DNA of 64,000 nt from Gemmatimonadota bacterium (GCA_003222085.1 QHUK01000010.1:67688-131687); one strand, 5' to 3'. Shown: positions 38,393-50,261, numbered from the stretch's first letter. The notes: generated by a model not told the origin, from the letters alone. Program-made: numbers and translations.

Positions 38393-39004
38393 TTAGTAGA
38401 TGTCCCTATTCACCTCCCGGACGAGCCTCTCATAGTCCTCCGGCGTATTCAGATCGTCGATCACTGCCGGGTCGTCGACTGCCACGGTCAGGACGTCCTG
38501 CTCGTGGGCAGCGAGCACCGCTCGCGCGCCGTGTCGGGTCGCGGCCGCGCTGGTCACGAGCTCTGGAAATAGCGCCTGGTCCCAGACCACCGGCTGCCCG
38601 CGCCGCTCGGCGAAGGTCGGCACGACGGCGGGCGCGCCGGTCCGCCGATGCGCCTCGAGCAGGCGCTCGAGGGTGGCGACGCGTACGTGCGGGAGATCCA
38701 CGGGCCACGCCACTATGCCCGAAGGACGGATCGGCTCGAGGGCGGCGAGGGCGGCGCGCAGCGACCCAATCGCCTCGGCGGCGAGATCGGGGTTTTCGAC
38801 GATGAGGCACTCGTGGGTGGCGAGCGAGGGGCGGACCCGCGCGGCGTCGGGGCCGAGCACCACGACGCGAGACTTTACGTCCAGCGCCTCCAAGGCCTCG
38901 AGGATGCGGACGGCGAAGGGCCGACCCCGGAAGTCCAAGAGTGCCTTGGGCCTACCCATTCGTTCCGAGGCCCCGGCAGCGAGCACCACCCCGGCGAGAC
39001 CCAT
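38393..39004 (-). CDS. MobA/MocA-like nucleotidyltransferase
   Basis: [20 protein letters not shown]-terminal NTP-transferase motif. Confidence 0.7.
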   Translation of the reverse strand: MGLAGVVLAAGASERMGRPKALLDFRGRPFAVRILEALEALDVKSRVVVLGPDAARVRPSLATHECLIVENPDLAAEAIGSLRAALAALEPIRPSGIVAWPVDLPHVRVATLERLLEAHRRTGAPAVVPTFAERRGQPVVWDQALFPELVTSAAATRHGARAVLAAHEQDVLTVAVDDPAVIDDLNTPEDYERLVREVNRDIY

Positions 39005-39059
39005 GCAGTGACGTTATCGCGAGTTGCACCCCGCCGCCAAACCCCCAAATTGGCGGCCC

Positions 39060-39605
39060 ATGGCCGTACGACGCATCCGCCAGCTGGGCGACCCGATCCT
39101 GCGGATCCGCTGCGAGCGGGTCCAGAACCCGAAATCCGCCGCGACGCGGCTCGTCGCGGACGATTTGCGGGATTCACTCGCCGTCGCCAGGAAGAAATAC
39201 AAGATGGGACGGGCGCTCGCGGCGCCCCAGATCGGCGCGCCGGTGCGGATCGTGTTCGTCCAGATGGACAAGCAGCGCTGGACCATGATCAACCCGGAGA
39301 TCACGGACGTCGGACCGCATGACTTTCTGGTGTGGGATGATTGCTTCTCGTTTCCCAACCTGCTCGTTCGCGTGACCCGGGCCTACCAGATCACGGTGAG
39401 CTACACCGACCCGAAGGGTAAGCAGCACACGATGGAGCTCGAGGGACCGATGGCGGAGCTGCTGCAGCACGAGATCGACCACCTGGATGGCATCCTCGCG
39501 CTCGATCGCGCGAGCGGGGTCGATCCCTTTGCGTTCCGTTCCGAGTGGGAGAAGCTGCGGGAGGCCGCCGAGCGCTACGGCCCCCCCAAGCCGCGGGAGG
39601 TGTGA
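39060..39605 (+). CDS. def: peptide deformylase
   Basis: GRALAAPQIG and HEIDHLDG. Motif 2 is DDCFS rather than EGCLS. Confidence 0.85.
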   Translation: MAVRRIRQLGDPILRIRCERVQNPKSAATRLVADDLRDSLAVARKKYKMGRALAAPQIGAPVRIVFVQMDKQRWTMINPEITDVGPHDFLVWDDCFSFPNLLVRVTRAYQITVSYTDPKGKQHTMELEGPMAELLQHEIDHLDGILALDRASGVDPFAFRSEWEKLREAAERYGPPKPREV

Positions 39606-39625
39606 CGGAGCCGCGGCCCGGTTAG

Positions 39626-41080
<1,455 letters not shown>

Positions 41081-41147
41081 CGAGCACGGTGTCAATAAAC
41101 TGTCACGATGATGTGCTGATGCTGCTCGACGAAACCGGGACGGTCGA

Positions 41148-41618
41148 CTAGGTGACGCGCGGGAAGCTTTGGGCCGTCGGGCGCGTGAAGTGGGCCTCCT
41201 GGGTCGTGATCTCGATCGCGCTCTCGGTGACCGTGACCGAATAGCGATCGGTGAGGCCGTGACGCGTGAACTCGAGTGTGTAGGCGCCGACCGTCACCGG
41301 GAGCGCCACCTTGTACTGCGCGGGGCCGATCGCCGTCAGGCAGATCTCCGGTTTTCTGACCCTGTCCGACACGCTCACCCGTAGGATGTTGTCTACGACA
41401 TCGAGCTCGCTCTCCAACCAATAGTTCATGCAGGGATACTGCGTCTCTGTCGCGACCAACAGGGCAATGTGCGGCGGCGGGGGCGGTGGGTCGACGAAGT
41501 AGCCTTCACGGATTGCAAAGGTCAGCGGGCTCGCGTCCCGGACGGCGTCCCAATCGCACGCCCAGAACGCGATGAGGGCCACCGCTGTGAGGAGGAACGG
41601 TCGACGAGCCATCAACAC
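41148..41618 (-). CDS. hypothetical lipoprotein
   Basis: Signal sequence with lipobox-like IAFWAC. No family recognised. Confidence 0.5.
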   Translation of the reverse strand: MLMARRPFLLTAVALIAFWACDWDAVRDASPLTFAIREGYFVDPPPPPPHIALLVATETQYPCMNYWLESELDVVDNILRVSVSDRVRKPEICLTAIGPAQYKVALPVTVGAYTLEFTRHGLTDRYSVTVTESAIEITTQEAHFTRPTAQSFPRVT

Positions 41619-41645
41619 TGAATACCTACCGATCCGGGCTCCGCG

Positions 41646-43526
41646 TCACCACGCGATTCCGTAGTCCTCCCCGTGGTTCGAGGAGCCGCCCCAAAAGGAG
41701 CCGTGCTTCCAGTCGAAGAAGATGGCGTTGATGGGGCCCGAGGTGCGCTCCTGGAAGTCGAGCCGGTAGCCCATCTGGCGCAGGTCACGGCGCACCCAGG
41801 GCGGCGTGTCGGACCGCAGGGTGAGCCGGCCGGGCTGCGACTCGTGGTCGCCGAACGAGTTCCGCATCTGGTAGCTCGTGATGTTCGCCGCCTCGACCGC
41901 CTCCTGCACGGTCATCCCGAACTCGACCATGTCGAGAAAGCACTGCAGCAGGTTCTGATCCTGCGTGTCGCCCCCCTGCACCGCGGACGCCAGGAACGGC
42001 TTCCCGTCCTTGAGCGCGAGGCCCGGCGTGAGCGTGACCCGCGGGCGCTTCCCCGGCGCGATCACATTGAAGGGATTGTCGAGGGAATCGACGACGAACT
42101 GCTGCGCCCGCTGGCTCACGCCGATCCCGGTGCGGCCGGCGATGACGGCCGGGATCCACCCCCCCGACGGCGTGATCGACACGACCCATCCCGAGGTGTC
42201 CGCGGCCTCGATGGACGTCGTGCCGCGCGTGAACGCTTCGTCGAACGCCGCCAGCGCGGCTCCCTCCAGCTGCTGCTGCTCCGTCTGGCTTCCCCCGCCC
42301 GACGTCGCTGGAGCCCGGGTCGACGGGGGCGGGGGCCAGCCACGGAGCAAGTCCAGGTACGGGTTCGTCCCGCCCTGGAAGGGATAGGGATCGCCCGGCT
42401 TGATCCCCGGATCGTTGCGGTCCGGATTGATCAAGCGCGCGCGCTGCCGGGCGTAGTCCTTCGACAGCAAGCCGCGGATGGGCTCCTCCGGCGGGAACGC
42501 GGGGTCGCCGTAATAGAAGTCGCGGTCCGCGAACGCGAGGTTCATCGCCTGGTAGACGGTGTGGACGTAGCGCGCGCTGTTGTAGCCCATTGCCTTGAGA
42601 TCGAAATTCTCGAGGATATTCAGCGCCTCGAGCATCGCCGGGCCCTGCGACCACGGCTGGAGCTTGTAGACGTCGATCCCGCGATAGGTCGTCATGACGG
42701 GTTCTTCGATTTTGACTTTCCAGCTCGCCAGGTCCTGCAGCGTGATGAGGCCCCCTTCCTCCCGTACGCCGCGGACGAATTCCTGTGCAATGTCGCCCGT
42801 GTAGAACCGGGCGTAGGCGGCCATGATCGCGTCCCGTCTGCTCTTTCCCTGGCGCAGCGCCTGCTGCTCGGCGTCGACGAGCTTGCGCAGGGTGGCCGCC
42901 AGGTCCGTCTGCCGGAAGATCTCTCCCGCCTCGGGCGCTTCGCGCGCTTCACCCGGGTGCGGCAGCATGACCGCGCGCGAATAACGCCATTGTTTGAGCC
43001 AGCCCTTGTTTCGCTCGATCGAGTTGGCCGTTTCTTCTTCGATCGCGTAGCCGTCGGCCATCCGGATCGCCGGCTCGAGCACGTCGCGCAGGCTCAGCTT
43101 CCCGTACTCGGCGAGCATCGTCATGAGGCCGCCGGGCGTGCCGGGGGTGATGGCGGCGAGCGGGCCGTACTCCGGCGGGAAGCGCATGCCCTTGGAGCGG
43201 TAGAAGGCCGGCGTCGCGCCGGTGGGTGCGACGCCGAGGGCGTTGATCGCGATGACCTTCTTGGTCTGCGGGTTGTAAATCAGCGCCTGGGTTTCGCCGC
43301 CCCAGGACAGCACGTCCCACATCGTCGTGACGGCGGCGAGCATGGCGCAGGCGGCGTCGACGGGGTTGCCGCCCTTCTGGAAGATCATGGCTCCCGCCGT
43401 GGCGGCGAGCGGCTTGCCGGTGATCGCGACCCAGTGGCGCCCGTGCAGTGGGGGCTTCTGGGTGCGCTGCCCCACGAGCGCGACCGGCGAGAGGAGGAGG
43501 ACGAGCGTGAGGAAACGGACCGGCAT
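41646..43526 (-). CDS. ggt: gamma-glutamyltransferase
   Basis: ATG at 43526 plus a signal peptide. The autoprocessing site context is GTTSIEAAD. Confidence 0.9.
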   Translation of the reverse strand: MPVRFLTLVLLLSPVALVGQRTQKPPLHGRHWVAITGKPLAATAGAMIFQKGGNPVDAACAMLAAVTTMWDVLSWGGETQALIYNPQTKKVIAINALGVAPTGATPAFYRSKGMRFPPEYGPLAAITPGTPGGLMTMLAEYGKLSLRDVLEPAIRMADGYAIEEETANSIERNKGWLKQWRYSRAVMLPHPGEAREAPEAGEIFRQTDLAATLRKLVDAEQQALRQGKSRRDAIMAAYARFYTGDIAQEFVRGVREEGGLITLQDLASWKVKIEEPVMTTYRGIDVYKLQPWSQGPAMLEALNILENFDLKAMGYNSARYVHTVYQAMNLAFADRDFYYGDPAFPPEEPIRGLLSKDYARQRARLINPDRNDPGIKPGDPYPFQGGTNPYLDLLRGWPPPPSTRAPATSGGGSQTEQQQLEGAALAAFDEAFTRGTTSIEAADTSGWVVSITPSGGWIPAVIAGRTGIGVSQRAQQFVVDSLDNPFNVIAPGKRPRVTLTPGLALKDGKPFLASAVQGGDTQDQNLLQCFLDMVEFGMTVQEAVEAANITSYQMRNSFGDHESQPGRLTLRSDTPPWVRRDLRQMGYRLDFQERTSGPINAIFFDWKHGSFWGGSSNHGEDYGIAW

Positions 43527-43665
43527 ATGTGCTCCGACTGAGATCGAATTCGGGAACATATCGTTCCATCTTGCGGCTCGCCATCGTGCGAGAACGGCCC
43601 GCGCCCTTGCGACGTTTCCCGGTGCCGGTAGTATAGGCAGCCTCTTCTCTCTACGGGGGCGCGGC

Positions 43666-46641
43666 ATGCGATGCTCTTCGGTCCGTTTAACTCTCGCCCT
43701 TGTCGTCGGCCTCCCGGTGGCGCCCGCGCTCTTCGCACAGGGCGGCTCAATCGCCGGCGTGGTGGTAAGCCGGTCGTCCGGCGCACCGATCGGGGACGTC
43801 CAGGTCACGGTGACAGGGACGCCCGAGCGCGTTTTCACGGACGCTCGAGGCCGGTTTCGTTTCGACGACCTCGCCGGCACGACCGTGGTTCTCCAGGTGC
43901 GCAGGATCGGATTCCGCGGCGTCACCGACACCGTGAACGTCGGCGATACGAACCTGCGCGTGGCGCTTGAGCAAAAGGTGCTCGAGTTGTCGCAGGTGGT
44001 GGTGACGGGGACGTCGAGCGCCACGGAGATCGGCCGGGTTGGCAACGCGGTCTCTAGGATCAACGCCGCCGACCTCACGCAGAAGGCTCCCATCGATGGT
44101 GTGCAGGACCTGCTCAACGCCCGCGCCGCCGGCGTGGTCATACAGCGCGCTACGGGTGCCGTGGGGAGCGGCTCGCGCATCCGCATCCGGGGCGCTTCGA
44201 GCTTCTCGCTTTCAAACCAGCCGCTGATGTACGTGGACGGCGTGCGGGTCGATGCGGATCCAGCGACGGGACCGGCGAACCAGGCGTTCGGCTCGGCGTC
44301 CATCTCGCGCTACAACGACTTCAACCCCGACGACATCGAGAGCATCGAGATCCTTAAGGGACCGGCGGCGACGACCCTGTACGGCACCGAGGCCTCGAGT
44401 GGAGTGATGCAGGTCATCACCAAGCAGGGCACCCCGGGCCCGGCGCGGTGGAACCTCATTGTGCGCCAGGGCGCGAACTTCTTGAGCAACCCCGAAGGAC
44501 GGTTCCCGACCAACTATCAGCGAGATGCCCTGGGGAACATCATTTCCGTCAACATGAGGGATCTCGAATCGCAGCTGGGTGGATCGATTTTCCGCACCGG
44601 ACATGCAGCCGATTACCAGTTGAGCGTGAGCGGTGGCTCGAGCGCCGTCCGCTACTACGCCGCCGGCGGGACGGAGCTGCAGGGCGGGGCGGAGCCGAAC
44701 AATGACATCCGGCATACGACCGGGCGCGCCAACCTCACGATTACGCCGAGCGACAAGGTCACGCTGTCGGCGCGCGTCGGCTATGTCTCGGGGCCGACCC
44801 ACCTGAGCGCCGAAGCGGGCTTCGGCGGACGCATCTGGAGCACGGTCCTGGCCGATCCCCGCAACCTGGGCACACCGCAGCTCGGCTTTTTCAGCGGCCT
44901 CCCGCCTGAATACGACGAGGTGTATCACTTCACGCAGGACCTGGATCGGTTCACGGGCTCCGTGCAGCTGCAGCACCACCCCGTGAAATGGTTCACGCAC
45001 CGGGTCACGTTCGGCGTCGACCGCACACGCGAAGTGAACACGTTGTACCAGCCGCGGATCGATTCGCTCGTGGCCAACCCGACGTTCGGGTCGGACGCGC
45101 TTGGCTTCATCTCCATCGAGAACCACAACGTCGATTACACGACGGTCGATTACGCAGCCACCGCGGCGTTCGACCTGTCGCCCACGCTGCACTCGAGCTC
45201 CTCGGCCGGGCTCCAGTTTTACCACACGCTGGGAGACACCGTCTATGCCGACGGCTTGTTCTTCCCGGCCCCGGGCCTGTCGGCGATCAGCGCGACGACG
45301 GGTCCGCGCTCGAATTCGAACGGGACTGAGGAAACCAAGAGCATCGGCGCCTACGGCCAAGAACAGATCTCCTGGCGTGATCGGCTGTTCTTGACCGCGG
45401 GACTTCGGTCCGACAATCACAGCACCTTTGGCGCCAATTTCAACCGCGTGTACTACCCGAAGTTCAGCGCGAGCTGGATCATGAGCGAGGAGCCGTTCTG
45501 GAAGTACCGGTTCGTGAGCCAGCTGCGGCTGCGGGCCGCGTATGGGGAGTCGGGACGGGCACCCCCCCAGAACGCCGCCGTTCGGTCTGATCAGCCGGTC
45601 ACCGGCCCGAACGACGTGGATGCCGTGACGCCGCTGTTCATCGGCAACCCCGATCTCGGACCGGAGCGTGGCAAAGAGATCGAACTGGGTTTCGACGCGG
45701 GGCTGTGGAACGATCGAGCGGGCATCGAGTTCACGTATTACCGCAAGAAGACGGTCGACGAGATCCTGTTGCGCGAGGTCGCGCCATCGATCGGATTTCC
45801 GCCGGTGCCCCCGGGCGGGCAGTACTTCAACGCCGGCGCAGTGCTGAATCAGGGGATTGAGCTGCTGGCACGCGCCCGCCCTTACGACAAAGGCCCGGTG
45901 AGCGTGGACATGACGCTCAACCTCGGCACGAACAGCAACAAGATCCTGAGCCTGAGCCCGGGCGTGACCTTCGTGACGGCAGGGACCAACCTGCAGCACC
46001 GCGTCGGCTATCCCGTCGGCTCTTGGTTCACGAAGAAGGTGGTGAGTGCCGAGTTCGACTCGACCACCGGACAGGCGATCAACATCATGTGCGACGACGG
46101 GAAGGGCGGCGCGATGGCGTGCGCCAACGCCCCGGTCGTCTACATCGGCAGGACCACGCCGAGCTTCGAGGGGGGGTTCTCCACCACGCTGACGCTGTGG
46201 AACCGCCTGCGCGTGTACGGCCTGCTCGACTTCAAGACGGGCTATCGGAAGCTCGACGGCACGACGCGAGTGCGCTGCACGTTCTTCGGCCAAGTCTGCC
46301 GCGAGAACTTCTTCCCACTCGAGTTCGACCCGAAGCGCATCGCGGGAGTTCAGTCGAACCGCAGCCTGGTCGATTTTCTGATCGCCGACGCGAAGTTCAT
46401 GAAGCTGCGTGAAGTTTCGGTCGTGTACACGCTCCCGGACGCCTGGGCGACCGCCCTCCGCACGAGCCAGGCGACGGTTTCCCTCGCCGGACGCAACCTG
46501 CATACGTGGACCGGTTACACCGGTCTCGACCCGGAGGCGATGTTCCTCGGCGGCAGCCGCGGCGGCAACTTCAGCCAGTGGGAGCAAGCGGACCTGCCGC
46601 AGCTGACCCAATGGATCGTCACCGTCAACCTGGCATTCTGA
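43666..46641 (+). CDS. SusC/RagA-like TonB-dependent outer-membrane receptor
   Basis: Signal peptide, carboxypeptidase-regulatory-like domain, plug (NQPLMYVDG) and a C-terminal aromatic residue (F). Confidence 0.85.
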   Translation: MRCSSVRLTLALVVGLPVAPALFAQGGSIAGVVVSRSSGAPIGDVQVTVTGTPERVFTDARGRFRFDDLAGTTVVLQVRRIGFRGVTDTVNVGDTNLRVALEQKVLELSQVVVTGTSSATEIGRVGNAVSRINAADLTQKAPIDGVQDLLNARAAGVVIQRATGAVGSGSRIRIRGASSFSLSNQPLMYVDGVRVDADPATGPANQAFGSASISRYNDFNPDDIESIEILKGPAATTLYGTEASSGVMQVITKQGTPGPARWNLIVRQGANFLSNPEGRFPTNYQRDALGNIISVNMRDLESQLGGSIFRTGHAADYQLSVSGGSSAVRYYAAGGTELQGGAEPNNDIRHTTGRANLTITPSDKVTLSARVGYVSGPTHLSAEAGFGGRIWSTVLADPRNLGTPQLGFFSGLPPEYDEVYHFTQDLDRFTGSVQLQHHPVKWFTHRVTFGVDRTREVNTLYQPRIDSLVANPTFGSDALGFISIENHNVDYTTVDYAATAAFDLSPTLHSSSSAGLQFYHTLGDTVYADGLFFPAPGLSAISATTGPRSNSNGTEETKSIGAYGQEQISWRDRLFLTAGLRSDNHSTFGANFNRVYYPKFSASWIMSEEPFWKYRFVSQLRLRAAYGESGRAPPQNAAVRSDQPVTGPNDVDAVTPLFIGNPDLGPERGKEIELGFDAGLWNDRAGIEFTYYRKKTVDEILLREVAPSIGFPPVPPGGQYFNAGAVLNQGIELLARARPYDKGPVSVDMTLNLGTNSNKILSLSPGVTFVTAGTNLQHRVGYPVGSWFTKKVVSAEFDSTTGQAINIMCDDGKGGAMACANAPVVYIGRTTPSFEGGFSTTLTLWNRLRVYGLLDFKTGYRKLDGTTRVRCTFFGQVCRENFFPLEFDPKRIAGVQSNRSLVDFLIADAKFMKLREVSVVYTLPDAWATALRTSQATVSLAGRNLHTWTGYTGLDPEAMFLGGSRGGNFSQWEQADLPQLTQWIVTVNLAF

Positions 46642-46652
46642 AAGGCGGACCG

Positions 46653-47903
46653 ATGAGACACACAGCGATGGTCGTGCTGGTGGGGCTCGTGGCCGCCGCC
46701 GGGTGCGACTTGTTCAACAACGCGCTCGAAGTTCAGAGCACCAGCACCATCCCGGCGGCCGGGCTCGAGGTCCCCGGGAACGCGGGACTGCTCGTGAACG
46801 GGGCCATCGGGGACTTCGAGTGCGCCGCGGGGGCGTACGCCGTGATGAGCGGCTTGATCACCGATGAGCTCGTCGATGCGACCCAAACCGCTGACCGTTA
46901 CCCATACGAGCTGCGGACGATGCTTTCGAGCGACCGCCGCTACGCGGTCAACGACTGCGTCGCACTCGGCGTCTACACCCCCCTCCAGACTGCGCGGTTC
47001 TCGGCCGCGAACGTGCTCTCCCTCCTGAATGGCTGGACCGTCGCTCAGGTGCCGGCTCGTGACAGCTTGATCGCCACGGCCTCGGCCTACGAGGGCTATA
47101 GCCTCGTCCTGCTCGGCGAAGGCTTCTGCACCATGGTCGTGTCCGGCCTCGACGCGAACCGTCAGATCGTGTACGGGGGCGAGATCTCACGGGACAGCGT
47201 GTTCAAGCTCGCGGTCGTCGCATTCTCCGATGCGATCGCGGGCGGCAATGCCGATATCGTCAACATGGCCCGGGTGGGGCGGGCCCGCGCCTACCTCGAC
47301 CTCGGTCAACCGGCTTTGGCGAGGGCGGACGCGCAGCTCGTCCCCGCCGCGTACCTGAAGGTGGTGAGTGCGTCGGGGATCAACTCGCGCCGCAACAACC
47401 GCGTGTGGCAGGAGAACAGCGCAACGAGCGACAATACCTCCCTCGACGCGGTGTATCGCGCCATGGCCGACCCCCGCGTTCCATTCGCCGACAAGGTCAA
47501 GAACAGCGTGACCGGCATCCACCTCTACCGGCAGCTCAAAGACACAAGTGCCGGCACCTCGATCCGACTCGCCTCCGGTGACGAGGCGCGGCTCATCAAC
47601 GCGGAAGCCTATATCAGGATGGGCACCTTCGGAGCGGCAGACAGCATCATCAACAGCTTCCGCGCGCGCGGCGGCCAAGGCGCGATTACCAGCCCGGACT
47701 CGGCGACGGCGTCGGACTCGTTGTTCGATCAACGGAGGCGGGAGCTGTTCCTGGAGGGGCAGCACCTGTTCGACCTCGTCCGGTTCGGCAAGACGCCGGG
47801 TCCGGCGGCAGGAACTCCGTACGCGGGCGGTGGGGTGTACGGATCGCAGTTGTGCCTGCCCCTGCCGGACGTGGAGAAGCAAAACAACCCGAACTTCCCG
47901 TAG
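46653..47903 (+). CDS. SusD/RagB-like lipoprotein
   Basis: Lipobox VAAAGC, placed 11 nt after the SusC-like gene, helical TPR-like composition. The call rests mainly on context. Confidence 0.65.
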   Translation: MRHTAMVVLVGLVAAAGCDLFNNALEVQSTSTIPAAGLEVPGNAGLLVNGAIGDFECAAGAYAVMSGLITDELVDATQTADRYPYELRTMLSSDRRYAVNDCVALGVYTPLQTARFSAANVLSLLNGWTVAQVPARDSLIATASAYEGYSLVLLGEGFCTMVVSGLDANRQIVYGGEISRDSVFKLAVVAFSDAIAGGNADIVNMARVGRARAYLDLGQPALARADAQLVPAAYLKVVSASGINSRRNNRVWQENSATSDNTSLDAVYRAMADPRVPFADKVKNSVTGIHLYRQLKDTSAGTSIRLASGDEARLINAEAYIRMGTFGAADSIINSFRARGGQGAITSPDSATASDSLFDQRRRELFLEGQHLFDLVRFGKTPGPAAGTPYAGGGVYGSQLCLPLPDVEKQNNPNFP

Positions 47904-47930
47904 CCTCGGAATCGTGTATTGGTAACAGTT

Positions 47931-47957
47931 GAGGGCCCGGCAAAGCGCCGGGCCCTC
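47931..47957. terminator. bidirectional stem-loop between convergent genes
   Basis: GAGGGCCCGGC-aaagc-GCCGGGCCCTC, an 11-bp perfect stem. Confidence 0.65.
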
Positions 47958-47999
47958 TGGTCTTGTCAGCACGCGTGTCGGGATGCTGTACGCTTACTG

Positions 48000-48674
48000 T
48001 CACTCCTCCAGGACGGCAAACGCCCGCACCGGGAAGCTCCCCATTCCCTTCACTCGCGGGGGAACGGCGTAGAACCGGAATCCCGCGTTCGGCAGCTCGT
48101 CCAAGCTGCACAAGTGCTCCACGATGGGGATCCCCGCCGCGAGCAGGATCGAGTGCACGGGGCGCGCGCCGTCGGCCGCGTCGTCGATGTTGAGCGAGTC
48201 GATCCCCACGAGTGCCGCGCCGGCGGCGACGAGATGCTCCGCCGCGCCGCGCGTCAGGAACGGATGGCCGGTGCCATACCGCTCGGTCCGCCAGTGGACG
48301 TCCCACCCGGTGTGCACGAGCACCGCCTTCCCTTTCAGTTCCCACCCCCGGAATACCTCCGAGTCGAGCGCCCGGCCGGCGCGCCCCATTGCCCGGACCA
48401 CGACGCCCTCGAGGTTCGCCACGGCTTGCAACGGATAGTCGGCAACGTCCTTACCGCCGTCGTACCGATGAAACGGCGCATCGATGTAGGTGCCGGTGTT
48501 GGCCAGGAGCTCGATCTTCCCTATCTGGAAGGTCGTGCCCGGGGCGTAGCGGGCCTGGGACGCATCGCGCGGCAGCCAGTCGCTGACCACGGGCACGGGG
48601 AGGCCGGGATAGGTGACCATCCCGTGCTCGATCGTATGGCTCACATCGATCAGCCGGCGGGGCGTCGATGTCAC
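48000..48674 (-). CDS. cyclase-family (kynurenine formamidase-like fold) protein with a degenerate metal motif
   Basis: NTGTYIDAPFH stands where the family has HxGTHxDAPxH. The GTG start overlaps the upstream stop (GTGA). Confidence 0.7.
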   Translation of the reverse strand: MTSTPRRLIDVSHTIEHGMVTYPGLPVPVVSDWLPRDASQARYAPGTTFQIGKIELLANTGTYIDAPFHRYDGGKDVADYPLQAVANLEGVVVRAMGRAGRALDSEVFRGWELKGKAVLVHTGWDVHWRTERYGTGHPFLTRGAAEHLVAAGAALVGIDSLNIDDAADGARPVHSILLAAGIPIVEHLCSLDELPNAGFRFYAVPPRVKGMGSFPVRAFAVLEE

Positions 48675-49507
48675 GGAGCGGCTCGCCGCGCTGGATCCTG
48701 GCGGTAGAACTGCCGCAGCTGCGTGTACAGCGCCGGATGCTCGCGCTCGAGCTGGACCGGCTTCTCGAAGAACGCCTCCGTCGCGACGGCGAAGAACTCG
48801 GCCTTGTTCGTCGCCCCATAGTCGTCCAGCGCGGACCGCCGATCATCGGCGGCGTCCCGGCGCAACCGCTCGTACTCCTCCGAGAGCACGCCCCCCCACG
48901 TGCGCAGGGCGCCCGGCGGCAGGATCGGCGCGCCGTCCGCGGCGCCGTCTTCCGCATCCAGCTGGTGCGCGAACTCGTGCAGCACGACGTTGTCCCCGTC
49001 CACGGGATTGCGCGCCCCGCGGACTGCGTCGTCCCACGAGATCACGACGACGCCGTCGCCCCACGATTCGCCGATCAGCGGCACGGGGGACCGCGCGATC
49101 TCACCCGTTCCGGGAGACCCGGCAAACTTCGGAACGAATCCATGAGGATACACGAGCACCGTCCGGAGCGTCGGATAGCACGGACCCTCGAGATTGAGCA
49201 CCAACAGGCACGCCTCCGCCGCGATCCTGATTTTCATCTCCTCGGTCACGGTGAGTCCCCCGCATCCCTCGAAGTGCTTCTCGGTCAGAAATACCTGCAC
49301 CAGACGTAGCAGGCGCTCCCGCTCTTCCGCGCTCAACCATCGTGCGAGCGGGACGTCGTGCTCCACCACTCCGTACCACGAGTCCGGGATCGGGCCAGTC
49401 GGGAGCCGCGGCGACGTCACCGGAATGCGGCGCAGCACCGCCGACAGGCCGAGGTATGACACCACAATGAGAACGAAGGCCGCGCCCAAGACTGCGAGCC
49501 CTTCCAT
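48671..49507 (-). CDS. MtfA-like (M90) zinc peptidase with an N-terminal TM helix
   Basis: VLHEFAHQLD and EFFAVATEAFF. Confidence 0.8.
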   Translation of the reverse strand: MEGLAVLGAAFVLIVVSYLGLSAVLRRIPVTSPRLPTGPIPDSWYGVVEHDVPLARWLSAEERERLLRLVQVFLTEKHFEGCGGLTVTEEMKIRIAAEACLLVLNLEGPCYPTLRTVLVYPHGFVPKFAGSPGTGEIARSPVPLIGESWGDGVVVISWDDAVRGARNPVDGDNVVLHEFAHQLDAEDGAADGAPILPPGALRTWGGVLSEEYERLRRDAADDRRSALDDYGATNKAEFFAVATEAFFEKPVQLEREHPALYTQLRQFYRQDPARRAAP

Positions 49508-49529
49508 CAGGTCTCCCCCTCGCGACTCA

Positions 49530-49673
49530 CTAGTCCCACCAACAATAGAGCCGCTGTGGCAGCCCCTGCCACGTCATGACCCACGCACTCGTGAACGTGG
49601 GCCGGAACACGCCGGCGCGATCGTCGAGCCGCCACTTCCCCGCATCGACCTGCTCCATCAGCTCGCGCACCAT
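49530..49673 (-). CDS. possible small ORF (47 aa; 51 aa from TTG 49685)
   Basis: Below the ORF-track length cutoff. By my count about 87% of third codon positions are G or C. It ends 20 nt before the MtfA-like start. Confidence 0.35.
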   Translation of the reverse strand: MVRELMEQVDAGKWRLDDRAGVFRPTFTSAWVMTWQGLPQRLYCWWD

Positions 49674-49762
49674 CGCCTCGCTCAAAAACCGAGCGGGCTC
49701 AGTACGGGACGAGCAGGATGACGAGCCCAGCGAGATAGCCCACGGGAGCCACGGCCGGCTGT

Positions 49763-50182
49763 TTACGGCGCCTGGACCGGGGAAGGTCCGGCGGGCGGCA
49801 GCACGCGCCCGAGCGCCTTGAGCAGCTGCCCGTCGGACGTGCCGCCGTCAGGAGCCTCCGCCAGCACGATGGCGAAGCGCCGCCGGAGCAACGGATCGCG
49901 CATGGCGTGGGCGGCGAATTGCAGGGTGAGAGGGATGAACCATGATGCCTGGCGCGCTCCGGCCCCGGCCCGCGCCACAGCGGCGTACTGCTCGAACACC
50001 GCGAGGAGAAACGCGCCCTTCGAGGGGAACTGCCGGTAGACGGCACCCTTGGTGAACCCCGCCGTCTGAGCGACCTCATCGAGCGTTGCGAACTCAATGC
50101 CGCGCTCCGCGACGACGGTCAGCCCCGCCTCAAGGAGCAGGGCTTTGGTCTCTGCCTTCCGCCTCTGACGGACGATACCCAT
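49763..50182 (-). CDS. TetR/AcrR family regulator (short, 139 aa)
   Basis: HTH ATLDEVAQTAGFTKGAVYRQF. The C-terminal domain is shorter than usual. Confidence 0.75.
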   Translation of the reverse strand: MGIVRQRRKAETKALLLEAGLTVVAERGIEFATLDEVAQTAGFTKGAVYRQFPSKGAFLLAVFEQYAAVARAGAGARQASWFIPLTLQFAAHAMRDPLLRRRFAIVLAEAPDGGTSDGQLLKALGRVLPPAGPSPVQAP

Positions 50183-50261
50183 GGGAATCTATGATACCCA
50201 TTGAAACCGCATCCGCCAACCCAATACCACAAAAAGCCAAGTTTGGATACCGGATGGTATC
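50174..50261. promoter_or_regulatory. GATACC repeat set; candidate TetR operators
   Basis: GATACCCAT occurs at 50174-50182 (over the TetR ATG) and at 50193-50201. Inverted repeat GATACC-GGAT-GGTATC is at 50246-50261. Confidence 0.4.
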
